From Peribolospora baueri (Eukaryota), in NCBI GenBank assembly GCA_029717555.1, contig JAMDHS010000037.1, positions 1-64,000 on the forward strand: a DNA stretch of 64,000 nucleotides, written 5' to 3'. The position numbers and the translations under genes were made by a program. The notes below the pieces were generated by a model. That model ran no database searches. It was not told where the DNA came from and was given only the letters and a program-made list of their open reading frames with translations. Shown in pieces: positions 12,507 through 24,246 of the stretch (positions within the stretch are counted from its first letter, which is position 1; each line of letters starts with the position of its first letter).

Positions 12507-14659
12507 CTACGTGGACAATCCAGACGACATCTTCTCGGCCTGGCTGTCAGCCCCGGTTTCGCAGCTCTCTTCCAGGTGCTGTACCTCTGGCCTTTGCTTT
12601 GCTAGGCCGATGCGGGCCGCCACCTGGTCGATCCGGGAACGGTACTCGCGCTCCTCGTCCCACGTCCACCAGCTCTTGGTAGAGAAGAGGGCATCAATGC
12701 TGGGATGAGAGGAAAGGAGAAAAGGATGAGCGTTTCGCTCCTGCATCAAGAAGGGCGGTAGGTGACTCACCTCTCTAAGGTCCTTCGAGAAGTCTCTGGG
12801 TAAATGCAGTAGATGATCGGTACCCACGCAAAATTGAGCGCACCGAAGAGGTAGAAAGTCTTCTCGCTGATGGAAGACAACTGCAGTTCCAACGCGAGAG
12901 GACAGTACGGGCCGTCAGTACTCTCCACCACTTTCTGAACAGGTTGGCGGTGCGAGAGGCCTACCATGACTGGGTTCAAAAGGGTGGCCATGCCGCATCC
13001 AACCGCCCAGCCGCTGACGCCGAACGCGTTGCCTTTGGCTCGCAGTGACGCTGGCCAGAGCTCAGTAGGATACTAAAAAGCGGGTGCGAAGCTTTATAGT
13101 CAGAGTTGATCAGCAAGGTTGCTAAATCGCCTTAATAAACTCACGATAAATGGCACCATCAACCAGGAGCAAGAGAATACGAAAGTGTAGATAAAGAGCA
13201 TGCTAGCGCTGGCAGCACCAAGCTGGGATGCCTTGGCAGGGTTAGATACAAGCGCCTGGTCGAGGCCACCTTGGATGAACATCATGAAGCCCTGGATGAC
13301 CGCGCCGCCCATGAGAAGCTTCCGTCGGCCGACGCGATCCACAAGCTGCGCGGCAACGAATGTGCCGACGATGCCAATCGTGTTGCCGAGTGCGGACAGC
13401 CAGGCGGACTTGGTGGAGCCGTAGCCTGCCTTGGAGTACAGGGTTGGAGAATAGACGGTCACGGCCCCGATACCGTCCCACTGACACATAATCTGCAGGA
13501 AGAATGCCAGGAAGGCTCGGCGTCCGAGGTGCGCTCCGGAAGTCGCCTCGCTATTTCGACCCGACACGATCTGAAGGAAGCTCGGCTGAGTCTCCTTCTC
13601 GTCCTTGACGGCGCTCTTGACCTCATCAAGCTCAGCCTGAACCTCATCTCCGGTGCCTCGGAGAGCGAAGAAGACCTCCTGCGCCTCGTCATCTCGCCCA
13701 GCTTCAACGAGGTATCTCGGGCTCTCCGGCAGGAGATTGATGAACGCCGCGAGCATAAGCGCCGGGATGATCTGGAAAGCGAGTGGGAACCGCCATCGTA
13801 CCTGCGATGTACCCGCTTCCGTATCGGTGTAGCTGAGCCCAAAAGAGAGCCAGTAGGCCGTAGCGATACCGATATAGTTGGCCAGGAAGACGAGAGAGAT
13901 AAGGCTACCGCGGTCGTGGGCAGTAGCTACCTCTGCAGACCAAACTGGGACAATAGCGGTGAGGTGACCGCAACCGATGCCGCTGATGACGCGCGCACAG
14001 ATCATCATATTGCTATTCTGCGCACCCGCCTGGAGCGCTCCGCCAAGAATGCTCCAGAGCGAGCCGACAAAGACACCCCTGATACGGCCGAGCTTATCGG
14101 CAATGTAGCCGCCGATAAAGCAGCCAAAGATGACACCAAGCTATGGCAGAATCGGGTTTGTCGAGTGAACGCATGTGCCATTGATGTGTACGCGGACGTG
14201 CCACACTCACGTAATAGACCGATACGATCCCACCTTGCTTGGTGGTGTTCGTCACTTCGCCGTTCGAGCCGATACCGACCGTCGTCTGGTAATGGGGTGA
14301 CCCGTTGACGCCACCTTCACGCACAAGTTTTAAGCAAAACCACTGAGAGAATATTCTGAGAGAAATGAGGCAGCCACCTTGCAAACTCACCCATTACTCC
14401 TTGATCATAGCCTGCATGAGAAGAGCACGTTAGCACCGACCCAGCAAGGCGAAGCGAGCAAAAAAAACACCAGTGGGATATACCTTCGAAGAAAATGGCC
14501 ATGACTGAGAAGACATTCATGAGGACCATCAACTGGCTGCATAACAAAGCAAGCAAGAAGGGTAAGCATCACAACACCTAGGGAAGTCATCTACCTCAGG
14601 GTCCGCGAGGCTCACGTAGGCGAAAGCCTCTGCCAGAACTTCTTTGTTGCAGCTGTCAT
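12507..14659 (-). CDS. MFS sugar porter family transporter, multi-exon
   Basis: FFEG-YDQGVMG, ARVISGIG, VPVWSAE, WRFPLAFQ, LPESPRYL, VDRVGRRKLL, YPTELWP, YPETSRRTLE. Confidence 0.93.
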
Positions 14660-15165
14660 GCCGGGCAATTAGCTCGTCGAATGCCCGGCGCGGAGATATT
14701 CAGGCGGACCGCGAGCAGGCAGCAGGGCGCAGCTGCGAGAAGAAATGCGACGAGCGCAAGACTGTCACGAGGCCGGCTTGAGGTGGCGACTGCCAGGGTC
14801 GGATGCTGGAGTAGAGTACGGAGGATATGCGCCAGTATGAGAGCGTTGAACTCGGTGAACACCGACGGTTGCCTCCTAGTGACAAGGAGGTCTCTACAGC
14901 TTGCAGGCGTCCGGCTGAGCGAGCTATTGGTTCCAACAGCGCCCTGTGGACATGTCCTTTTATGCTCCAATCGCGTTCTCTCTGGAACGGTCCAGGAGAG
15001 TTGTATATTGCAGCAAAGCGGGACCAATGTAGGTCACAATACAGACCGTTGACGGACGACGACACGGAGCCTGGGCCCAGGGACCCGTTGTCTCGGTGAG
15101 ATCCTTTCTACAGCACTACTACTACCTTGTACTCTGGTGTTTACAGCCGCAGCTGACCGGCTAAA

Positions 15166-15183
15166 CCCCGCGCGGAACCCCGC
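15166..15183. promoter_or_regulatory. Two CCCCGC boxes (CreA/Mig1-like SYGGRG) in the divergent MFS/kinase promoter
   Basis: CCCCGC at 15166-15171 and 15178-15183. The motif is short and function is only inferred. Confidence 0.3.
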
Positions 15184-15551
15184 GGAGCCCCGAGGGAGCC
15201 GTATCACTTCGGCCGAGATTGATTACCAGAAATGGAAGGACAGAGATTGTCTACGAAATATGGCGAGCAGATGTTCGGCCGAAGGCCAAGTCAGAGGAAA
15301 CGCACGGACCCGTATAGACACAGAAGCTGCCTTTTCGAGCTTCACACTCCGGTCACTTCGTCCCCAGTTGTCCCCCACCATACCAGAGGCGGAATCTGTT
15401 GGGTGCCATTTTCAGGGCACGATGCTGATGCTTTTTCGTCCAAATAAAAGGCGAGTCCTTCACATACGTAGCGGTCGACGAACACCGAACACCGTCTTCG
15501 ACTCCGGCCTCATCCCACTTCAATCAAACATTTCTTCGAGAGCTTCCCATC

Positions 15552-17621
15552 ATGTCCGTCCAGACCAAGCCTCTCGACATCAAGGTCATTGGCATGAACA
15601 GCGGTGAGCTCGTGGCTGATGTGGTCATCATTACGCTCTAGCCGGCCTGTTCTCACTCGTCTTCGTCTCAAATATTCCCATTCCCTCGCAGGCACCTCCA
15701 TGGTGAGTTGTGGCTGGCGGACCTCCGTTCCGGCATGGATAACTGCTGAAGAGCAATGGAGTCATCAGGAACTGTTGAGCTCACATGAAGCCCGCCGCTT
15801 TTCAGGATGGTGTCGATTGTGCTCATCTCCACTTTAGGCAAGAATCACCCGACAGCCCGTTGCACATGAAGTTGCTCAACTATGCTGAAATCCCTCTTCC
15901 GGCATGGATCAAGAAGGTGAGTGCGGTGACATGACGCCTGTTCGCAAAAGAGTACCAGTTCGTGATGGCTGCATCCAGTCGACCGAGTGATGACATTCAG
16001 TCACCAATCTGTATGAGCAGCCGCTTCTCAAGATGATCAAGTACAACACGACCACGCCAGAAGAACTTTGTCAGGTCAACTTTCAGCTTGGGGAGGTGTT
16101 CGCCGACGCGGTTCTCCAATTTTGCAAAGATAAGAATATTGATTTGAAGAAGGAGGTGGACCTGATCGGTAATCATGGGCAGACGATTTGGCTTTTAAGG
16201 TGAGCAGGCCGCGGCGCCTACTTGCTGAGATAGAAAGAGATGGTGCTCGCGTGAATTGGCTTTTTAACTGAGTGAGCTCATCTACCTTCCCGTTCGGACC
16301 CATCCAACAGCATGCCTGAAAAGGGCCAGACCAAAAGCGCACTCACCATGGCAGAGCCAGCTGTCATGGCTGCAAAGCTTGGAAAGACGATTACCAACGA
16401 TTTCCGACAGGCGGAACAGGCTGTGGGCAGACAGGGCGCGCCTCTGGCCGCATTCATCGATGCTTTGGCTCTCGAGCATGACCACTTGAATCGGGCGAGT
16501 CAGAACATTGGCGGCATCGGAAACGTCGCGTTCGTACCCAAGAAGACCGAAGGTGGAATCGACCAGGTCTTTGATTTCGATAGTGAGCGGCTTGTGGACG
16601 ATGATTCTGTTGCCTTGACTGAAGAGCAGACTAGCTGACTGGCGAGCACATCGTTCAGCTGGCCCGGGCAACGTTTTCATTGATGCGGCAGTCAGGCACT
16701 TTACAGACGGGGCCAAGGAGTACGACAAGGACGGAGAGATTGGTGCAAAAGGCAAGGTCAACCAGGCCATGGTCGATGAATTTCTAAAGCACCCATATTT
16801 TTCCGTGAGTGTACGCAGGCCGTAAACAGAGGATTGACGCCCTGGCTGATTTTACAACCACGTCAACGTCCATTGGCATGCGATGGTCGACCAATCGTGC
16901 GGACAGACGCCTCCACCGAAGACCACCGGACGGGAGCTGTTCGGAGACGACGTGGCACTCCAGCTCATCGAAAAGGGCCTTGCACAAGGCATGTCTCCGG
17001 AAGACTGCGTAGCCACCATCACCCGAATCACGGCCCAGTCCATTGTAGACCATTACAAGCGATATAGTCCCGGTGAAGGCAAAGACCTGGACGAGATCTA
17101 CATGTGCGGAGGCGGCGCAAAAAATAAGAACATGTGAGATCAATCATATGCCCACGTCGCAACCCATGAGGTTAGCATAGGACGACCACTAATCCTTGTC
17201 ATCCAATCCCGACTGACAGTACAAAGTACATTCAAGAGTCTTTTCCTCAGGCTAGGCTCACCAATCTTGACGAGTGCGGCATTCCTGCGGACGCCAAAGA
17301 GGTGCGCGGACAACTCGATAGAGAAACACAAATGACAGCAGGAGCGCGGGAACCTTTTCGAAGACTGATTTGTCGCAATCTCCTACTCTCTCCCATCAGG
17401 CTATCTCGTTTGGCTGGATGGGTTTGGACACCCTCCTCGGACGCTCCTTGCTCATCCCTCAAAGGGTCGAGACGCAAACTCCATGCGTGCCGGGCAAAAT
17501 CACCCCGGGCAGCAATTACCACGAGCTCATGCAGCAAGTCGTTGACTTTTCACGGGATACTAAGGGATGGCGCGGAACGAATATCCTGCCCCCCGTACGA
17601 AAGCTCGTTATAGATCCATGA
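15552..17621 (+). CDS. LGK: Levoglucosan kinase / anhydro-N-acetylmuramic acid kinase (AnmK) family, multi-exon
   Basis: [94 protein letters not shown]. These motifs closely follow fungal levoglucosan kinase as I recall it. Confidence 0.9.
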
Positions 17622-18902
17622 GACATTAACAGTGGAACAGAGGGTACGTGTAAGGGCCGGAACAGAACTGCAATCGAGTGGATTCCTGTCGTCCCCATTC
17701 TCCATCTCGGTCTCCGATCATCGACCCTGGAACTAGTGTGTCAGTCCTGTTTGTTCATCATCCCGCATAGTATGAGTCATGTGAGACGAGGCAAAATCCG
17801 TGCCATTTCACCATTCCTGTCAACCCTCAACTCCTCTTACCAGCTGTTGACCCGTCCTGGTCTATGTGACTTTGACAGAGATGAAGGAAACCATCACAGG
17901 CACACAATGGCAGCGTATTGAACAACCCCGTTCCATCCCGAATTTGTTGAGTCTGGTTTTAGATAAACGTTATGCCTCACTGTGCTTATTTTCACTGCTA
18001 AGGAAAACTAAATTGCAATGCTGCGCTGGCTTTCGTAGGGATGATCGAGTGCGGTGCGTCCATGCGCCTATACGGGTTCGAAAAGGTTGAATACGTTCGG
18101 TGTCACCTTCACAAGCCCTGTCCAGCAAGATAAGCGTTAAAGCTTCCCTCACAAAGCTTGAATTCCTGGATGTGGAAGTGTTTGTGAAGGCCAACCCCTT
18201 CACCCACCTCTCCAACGATGGTCTCGGAACCCGAACCTTCGAGAAGAGCCTTAACGCTTATCAATACATCTCCTGGTCCTCCTACCATCCAGTAGCTGTC
18301 AAATCGGCCTTTATCAAAGCCGAACTGACGCGGTAATCCGTAACGCGTCAGAACTGGCAGACTACTTATCGGTACGAGATCTCTTCTTCTAGAGACTCCG
18401 AGCACGGGGTTATCCCCCTCGATATCTCAGGAAGGTCTTCCTCAGTCTCAATTACTACGCTCTCCGCGAGCGAGCCCTTTCAGACGCACACCCGGCTGAA
18501 AGAGAAACGAGCGACGCTACGAAACCGCCACCGCGACTCGTGTTCAAAAACCTTTTACAACCCCATCTGGGATGGAGTCGATTTGCGTCCCGTCTGGGAC
18601 CTTTACCTCTCCCAATGGGTTGATCTCGGGTTTGTCCCTCAGGGCACTCGGATCATCAATTGTAAAAGGAAGACACGTAGCCTCGGTGACGTCTTCAACA
18701 CGTCAAACAAGAGATCTATCCAGGGGAGTCGCGTTAAACGCGTGCAGTTGGATTATGACCCTAATCCTAATGAACTAGCCACGCGACTCACCGCAGGTAC
18801 GTCACCTGATCAATCACGTGACACGGCCCTCACGTCCATCCCGACGTGATCCGGTATTTCCACGGTGAAATCTTCGCGACCGCCACAAGAGAGCTGATCG
18901 TT

Positions 18903-18951
18903 GCTGCCTGACGAGCCCTCGGGCGAAACAGCAAAAGCTTTCTGTAGCAGC
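18903..18951 (+). ncRNA. Type I hammerhead ribozyme
   Basis: GCTGC-CTGACGA-GCC(CTCG)GGC-GAAA-CAG(CAAAAGCTTT)CTG-TA-GCAGC: complete catalytic core with three Watson-Crick stems; predicted cleavage after GUA at 18946. Confidence 0.9.
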
Positions 18952-19025
18952 TTGCTCTTTCTTCTCGTGCGGCTTCGTTTTTTGTTCACAGCAACTCCAT
19001 GGCCCCCCCCAGTTGACGACAAAAA

Positions 19026-19041
19026 CCCTAGCCCTAACCCT
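19026..19041 (+). repeat. Degenerate telomere-like repeat CCCTAG-CCCTAA-CCCT at the 3' end of the PLE
   Basis: Follows an A5 run about 75 nt downstream of the hammerhead; CCCTAATCCTAA also occurs at 18759-18770. Confidence 0.55.
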
Positions 19042-19321
19042 CTCCCCGCTCTCCGTTCCGTCATCGCTCCACGTCGGCCTCGTGGATTCACAGAACAGAA
19101 AAAAGATCGTGCAATGCTGTCGAAGACAGATGGAGGGCTTCCTGTGAACCACGCGAGACTTAAAGAGATCGGCTTGTGACGGAAGGTTGAAGGGACAGTA
19201 CGAGTTCTCGACGAAGGTGCATGTTGAAATACAGGAGACAGTGCGATCGCAGGAGGATGATAAATAAAAGGAAGTGGCGCGCTTGACCGATCGAGCACCT
19301 CGTACCTCTCTCATCAAGTCG

Positions 19322-22300
19322 TCAGTGGGCTGCACCCAGGGAATCCAAGTCAAGCTGAAAGAGCTCGGCCCAGTAGGCTAGTGCGTGCTCTGGTGTTTGG
19401 GAGAGTGGTGGTGCGTCTTGTCCAGAAGGGAAAAGCATGGGCCAAGAAGAATCCAGCATGATGCTGGTGCGGGTCGGGTCACCTACCGGTTGAGCAGCGA
19501 TGCGAGGGCCGCTCCCTGCGCTCCCCCCGTCACCGACACCCGCCCTAACGCTACAATCCATAGAGAAGGGAGGATCGGCGTGCCCTTGAGAATAAGGACC
19601 AACGTCGAAAGCCGGGAGGCCCGACGAGATGCCAGGGCCGCATTGCCATGCTGCAGGGCTCGAGAGGTCTACGCCAGCCGAGAAGGGTTGAGGCAAAGGG
19701 CGGATCGATGCCAGGCCCGCGGAGGTGCTGGGTGGGCTGTTACATTGCTCTGCCGAGCTATAAGGCGGAGGTTGAGTCGCAGCTTGCGGATGGGAGCGAG
19801 CAGCCCTAGCACCCAAATGTTCAGCAAAGCGTGAAAATATGAATGGGAGATCTCAGGCATGTTTTTTGAGTAAGAGAACGCGTGGCTGAACTCAGGGCGG
19901 CTGGTCGTTCACTTACCTAGCAAGCTTTTCGAGAACATGAAGTCCCCCTTTGGCCGCCTTAAGTCCTGTCCATCTCTCCGGGATCCGCTCAAATAGGTGG
20001 GCAATAGTGGAGAGATCTTCAAGAGCACTTTCAGCGAGCCGGCTAGACGGCTGAAGGAAGATGATATAAGCCCCCATGACCTGCGAATGAATGGCACGGA
20101 AAAGAAATACAAGGTCGATATCCATCCAGTTCGAGACCCTTCGTTTGATGAGACTTGCAAGGCAGCCGACGAAGTGACTCCGTAGCCACTCACAGCTACG
20201 TGGAAAGTGAAGAAGCATATCTGCCAAAACATGCCGGCACGGACAGAACCTAGCAGATTATGCATAGTTTGCTGTGCTACGGCCACAACCCGCAGTGCCT
20301 CTGCGCAGATCCTCACGCTGGTCTCATTGAGCTGATGGGTACCGGATGAACCTGGAGCAGACGTAAGGTGGGAGCGGTGGAGCAATAGAAGGGTATGATG
20401 CACTTCAATGGCAAGGTTGCATGACTGATGAAAGAGGCGCAGGCTCTTGCTCGTCCCGCTTGCCCCGCTCGTCCGGGTAGCGCCATTAGTCCGTCCTGAT
20501 CGTTCTTTGTCTGGGCCCAAAGGCTCGACATCGACCCGGAACTGAGCTGGCAAGCCGGCGTACCAAGACTGCAGCCTCTCGGTGAAGACATTGACCCGCT
20601 CCTCGCTCCACCCTCGGCCTTGAGTCTCGTCCAGCAGTTGCCGGGCGAACTCGGAGTACTGGCATTGGAGCTCTCGATAGGTCGTCGATGAGGGACAAGT
20701 AAAGCTTGAGATGCGGCAGCTGAAGCTGGTGACAGCAAGGGGTCGACCGAAGATGCCTGAAAGCAGGACGTCCAGGTGAACGATTGCCCACCTGTCCACG
20801 GATACCAGAGAGGTTAAGGTGTGTGCGACCGCGTGAACCAGAATGATGGCGAGCTTGAGAACAGCAGGCTTATGCCATCCTGCTTACCAAAGTCGACGAC
20901 GTATGTCGGCCTCAACGGGGGGGCAGTCAGTGCGAAGATTGTCCGGCTCCACGTGCAGACCGATGGATTGCGCCTGACGCGCGATACTTCCAAGCAAAGG
21001 CCTAATGGAAGAGAGAGATAAAGTCAGCAACGTACAGAAGGCCTGGTGGTAGACCAAATCCGTCCAAGAGCAACTGGGTTGAGCCCTTGCCGCGCCGGCC
21101 TCACCAGAAGCTACTTGCGCGCTCAGTGTTCATCAAGTAGCATCCTACCATTGGGAACGGGGCCAAAGCGAGTAATGTAAAAACTGGATATGCCGTGGAA
21201 TGATGCTTCGCGCTCTTCCCTGTCACTCACCAATGAGCAGCTGAGCATGAATTGTTTGCAGCGTAGGGGAACTGAGAAAGGAGCAGAGACGGAGCGATTG
21301 GTACGTGGCGGACACTGAAGGAGAAAACAAGAAGATGGTGAGGGCGTGCACAGACGACCGCAGCCGGCGTCCACGTCCCGCAAAGTTCGGTAGAGCAGAA
21401 GCGAGCGAACCTGCCTGGCCAGAGGTCAACTCACGGTACAGGTCGGCCTCGAAGTTCACGGGGTCTTCGGCTAGGACCTTGCTGCTGGAGGGAGCGGGAG
21501 CGTCTCGGGCGTTGGCATCATTTGCAGTACGAAAATTCAACAGATCGTTGGCCACCAAACCTTCGTCTCCCGCAACCCTCAAGCCTATGGCAGTATTGTC
21601 GAGGTCGCAGTTGTTTCCCAAGGCACAAATCATGAGGAAGAGAGCAAGCCACGGAAGAGAAACGCGAGACCTTTCCTCGTCGGATCGCCTAAAAAATTCG
21701 CGCGCATTTTGAATGACGCTAGGGATACCGAGTGCGGGGCAGAGAGTTGCAAAATGTTGGGTGAAAGCGTGAACAAGGCTGGAAGCAGGTGGCAGGCGGG
21801 AAATTAGGTTAGAGTCAGGCATTGAAAAGAACTTTGGATTTTCTCGGCTCTTTTTGGCTGACTCACCTTGCCGCTTCGTCGGGCTTAGGGAGTTTCGGCA
21901 GAATCTCATCGATGAAGGCTGGACCGGACGACCAAATCGTGACGAACGGAAAAGTCTCGGCTTCTGAATACAGAAGCCCAGTGACTGCAGTCTGGACGTC
22001 ACGAGTAAGAGCATTGACATCGTCCGCCGTGTTTTTGCTCGCGTTGTCGGGACTATTCTCAGCGCTTCCATGTTCAGGACTGACACTATTAGGGGCGACC
22101 TTTTGAGAAACAGACATCATTGGAAGAGGAATGGACAGGAGCAAAATCAGTGAGACGGAAAGTCGACACACAGACTCGCAATTTCGAAGGTAGCATCCTA
22201 ACAGCTCTTTCTGCACGACCGCCCAATGACTAACCTCTCGGAGGACTGCGCTGGCTGAGACCCCCTCGCCGTAATAGATATGCTGACCGTTGAGATTGCA

Positions 22301-23364
22301 AGGCGCATCAGCGCTGGGCCCGTTGGGCTGAGATGCGTCCGCTTGGGAGGAGGATTGGCAGGACCAGCCGGCTTGCAGGTCAGATGAGATGTTCGACAGT
22401 GGGCGGACATCAGGGTGCAAAGGCGGGCTTGCGGCGCAGCACATGCTCAGCCGCCGGTGATCTGAGCGGTTCAACGTATCGCCCGTCCACTCTGGCTGAA
22501 CGCCGGCTGGTTCGTTGCCAGCAGCGCGGGGAGAACGGCGTGGACTAGACTTATCGCCTTCACGAGTAGTAACAGCTGCCACTGTAGTAGAGTTGCAAGG
22601 GCTCTGCATCATAGCCTCGTCCTCAGGTCCTCTCCATTCCGCCAGCATCCTTAGAGCGGACGCTGCATCTATATCTTCGCCGCGCCCTTCCGCCCGTCCT
22701 AGAGAACTCCTACACCTCCCTGTAGCCATGCCAATAACGGTGCTCGAGGCGGCCCGAAGACTTTCATCTTGCACTTGTTGGGTCTCTCTGCCAGATCCCT
22801 TATCTGTACCAGTGATCGGAACGTTCGGGCTTGACAGGGGCGGACTCGACGGGCTCGCTGCTTGGTGGTACTTCCGCAGTTCGCGGGCAAGCTCTTCGAC
22901 TCTGCGGCGTGAGACGGCCAGTTCTGACTGCAGCCTGCGAACGTCGTAATGCCGTAGGAGCGGCGCGCATGAAGTGGTCAGTGAAACTGGCGCATCACGG
23001 GCAACATGTTACCTCCCTCCTGTACGTTGCCACCCCAGGCCCCTGCCCAGGCTTCCCTCTCTCACCTTCCTAGTTCTGAAGGTTCGCACTCGCTCCATTC
23101 ATCTTCCTCATCCGATTGCTGCTCCCTCTGCTGGTTCTGCTCCTGCTGTTGCTGCTGGCTGTTCTGGCGGACTGACTTGTCTTGCAGCTTGGCATCGTAG
23201 TGACACTCACTCTCCGCACCTGCCTTACTGCAACGTCCGCAACTCGGCCGTGCGCGATCGCAGGCTCGTTTGCCTCGATGGCAAGGTATGCAGGACTTTG
23301 GTATGCGCACCCTCTTCCTCTTCTCTGGGATTCTGGTGGGAGGAGGTTCGGCGTTGCTGGCCAT
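19322..23364 (-). CDS. Zn(II)2Cys6 fungal-specific transcription factor, multi-exon
   Basis: RVRIPKSCIPCHRGKRACDRARPSCGRCSKAGAESECHY; middle homology region (WAIVHLDVLLSGIFGRP, LLLLHRSHL); C-terminus YWAELFQLDLDSLGAAH*. Confidence 0.9.
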
Positions 23365-24246
23365 ATTTGAGCGATGTGATCGATAGATGTGGAGAAGACG
23401 GGGTTGGTGATGGCAGCAGCCAGAATGCGGAGATGTGCGTGGAGCTAAGCTCGCGTGCGGGGGCCTCTCTTCGGCTATAGCGGGGCTTGGCGGAAATTCC
23501 CGTCCCCAGAATTGTCCTCTCCCGCGCCCTGCACGTTATCCGAAATTAATTGTCCTTTCGGATAACTACAGGGGTCACACTAGGAAGGGTTCATAGCACA
23601 AGACTGCCTAGGGAAGAGAGGAGGGCACGAAAAGGAGCCTGATAGAAAGCAGGGCATGGAATGGAGTCCGGCAGGACTCGCAAGAACTTCGCAACACGGA
23701 CAGGATTCTACAATATTCCTTTGCCAACAAGGTCAGCGTGCGGTGTCACGTCACTTTTGCTCAGGGAACGCGCGGCCCGCGCTTAACACCGCAAACGCCA
23801 CGCACCCATGGCGCAAGTACAGTACGGAGCTGACCTCCATGTCGCTAACTCCGCATTGCCCATGAGCTCGGCTTTGCCTGATCTGCTCGGCACCCAAGTA
23901 AGGTAGAGTCAGAGTCAGAGTGTTGTGAAGTCATATATCTCAACACTAAGCCTCGGTCCCCTCGCTCTGGGACGTTACACCTAAATCCGTGAGTTGGAGG
24001 CTAGAACCAAACCAGCAAACGGTGACTTCTCACGATGCGCGCTCTAACCTTCTGACGTGAAGATATACCACAAAGGTTGGCCTGACTGCAATTTTAGATT
24101 CCGCAGGTCAAATGCAATGGACCAGCATGGACCTGCCCTTCTACTTTCGCTCCTAATCGTAGCCTTTCTTACAGCTTACTAGAGAGAATGCTCGATTGAA
24201 AAAGTCATGCGCGCATGTGGCGTGCAGGGACGACCTCAGTGCGCGT

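Larger units (their letters stand above)
17860..19045 (+). mobile_element. Decayed, 5'-truncated Penelope-like retroelement without GIY-YIG endonuclease (Coprina-like); boundaries approximate
   Basis: RT C-terminal/thumb motifs LEFLDVEV, FEKSLNAYQYISWSSYHPVAVKSAFIKAELTR, LRARGYPP, YNPIW, KTRSLGD. In-frame stops at 18334-18336 and 18390-18392 plus frameshifts. The ORF ends at 18849 with no endonuclease and is followed by a hammerhead and CCCTAR repeats. Confidence 0.8.

Noticed and set aside
13271..14308. 345-aa plus-strand ORF
   Set aside because: Antisense shadow of the MFS transporter; no independent motifs.
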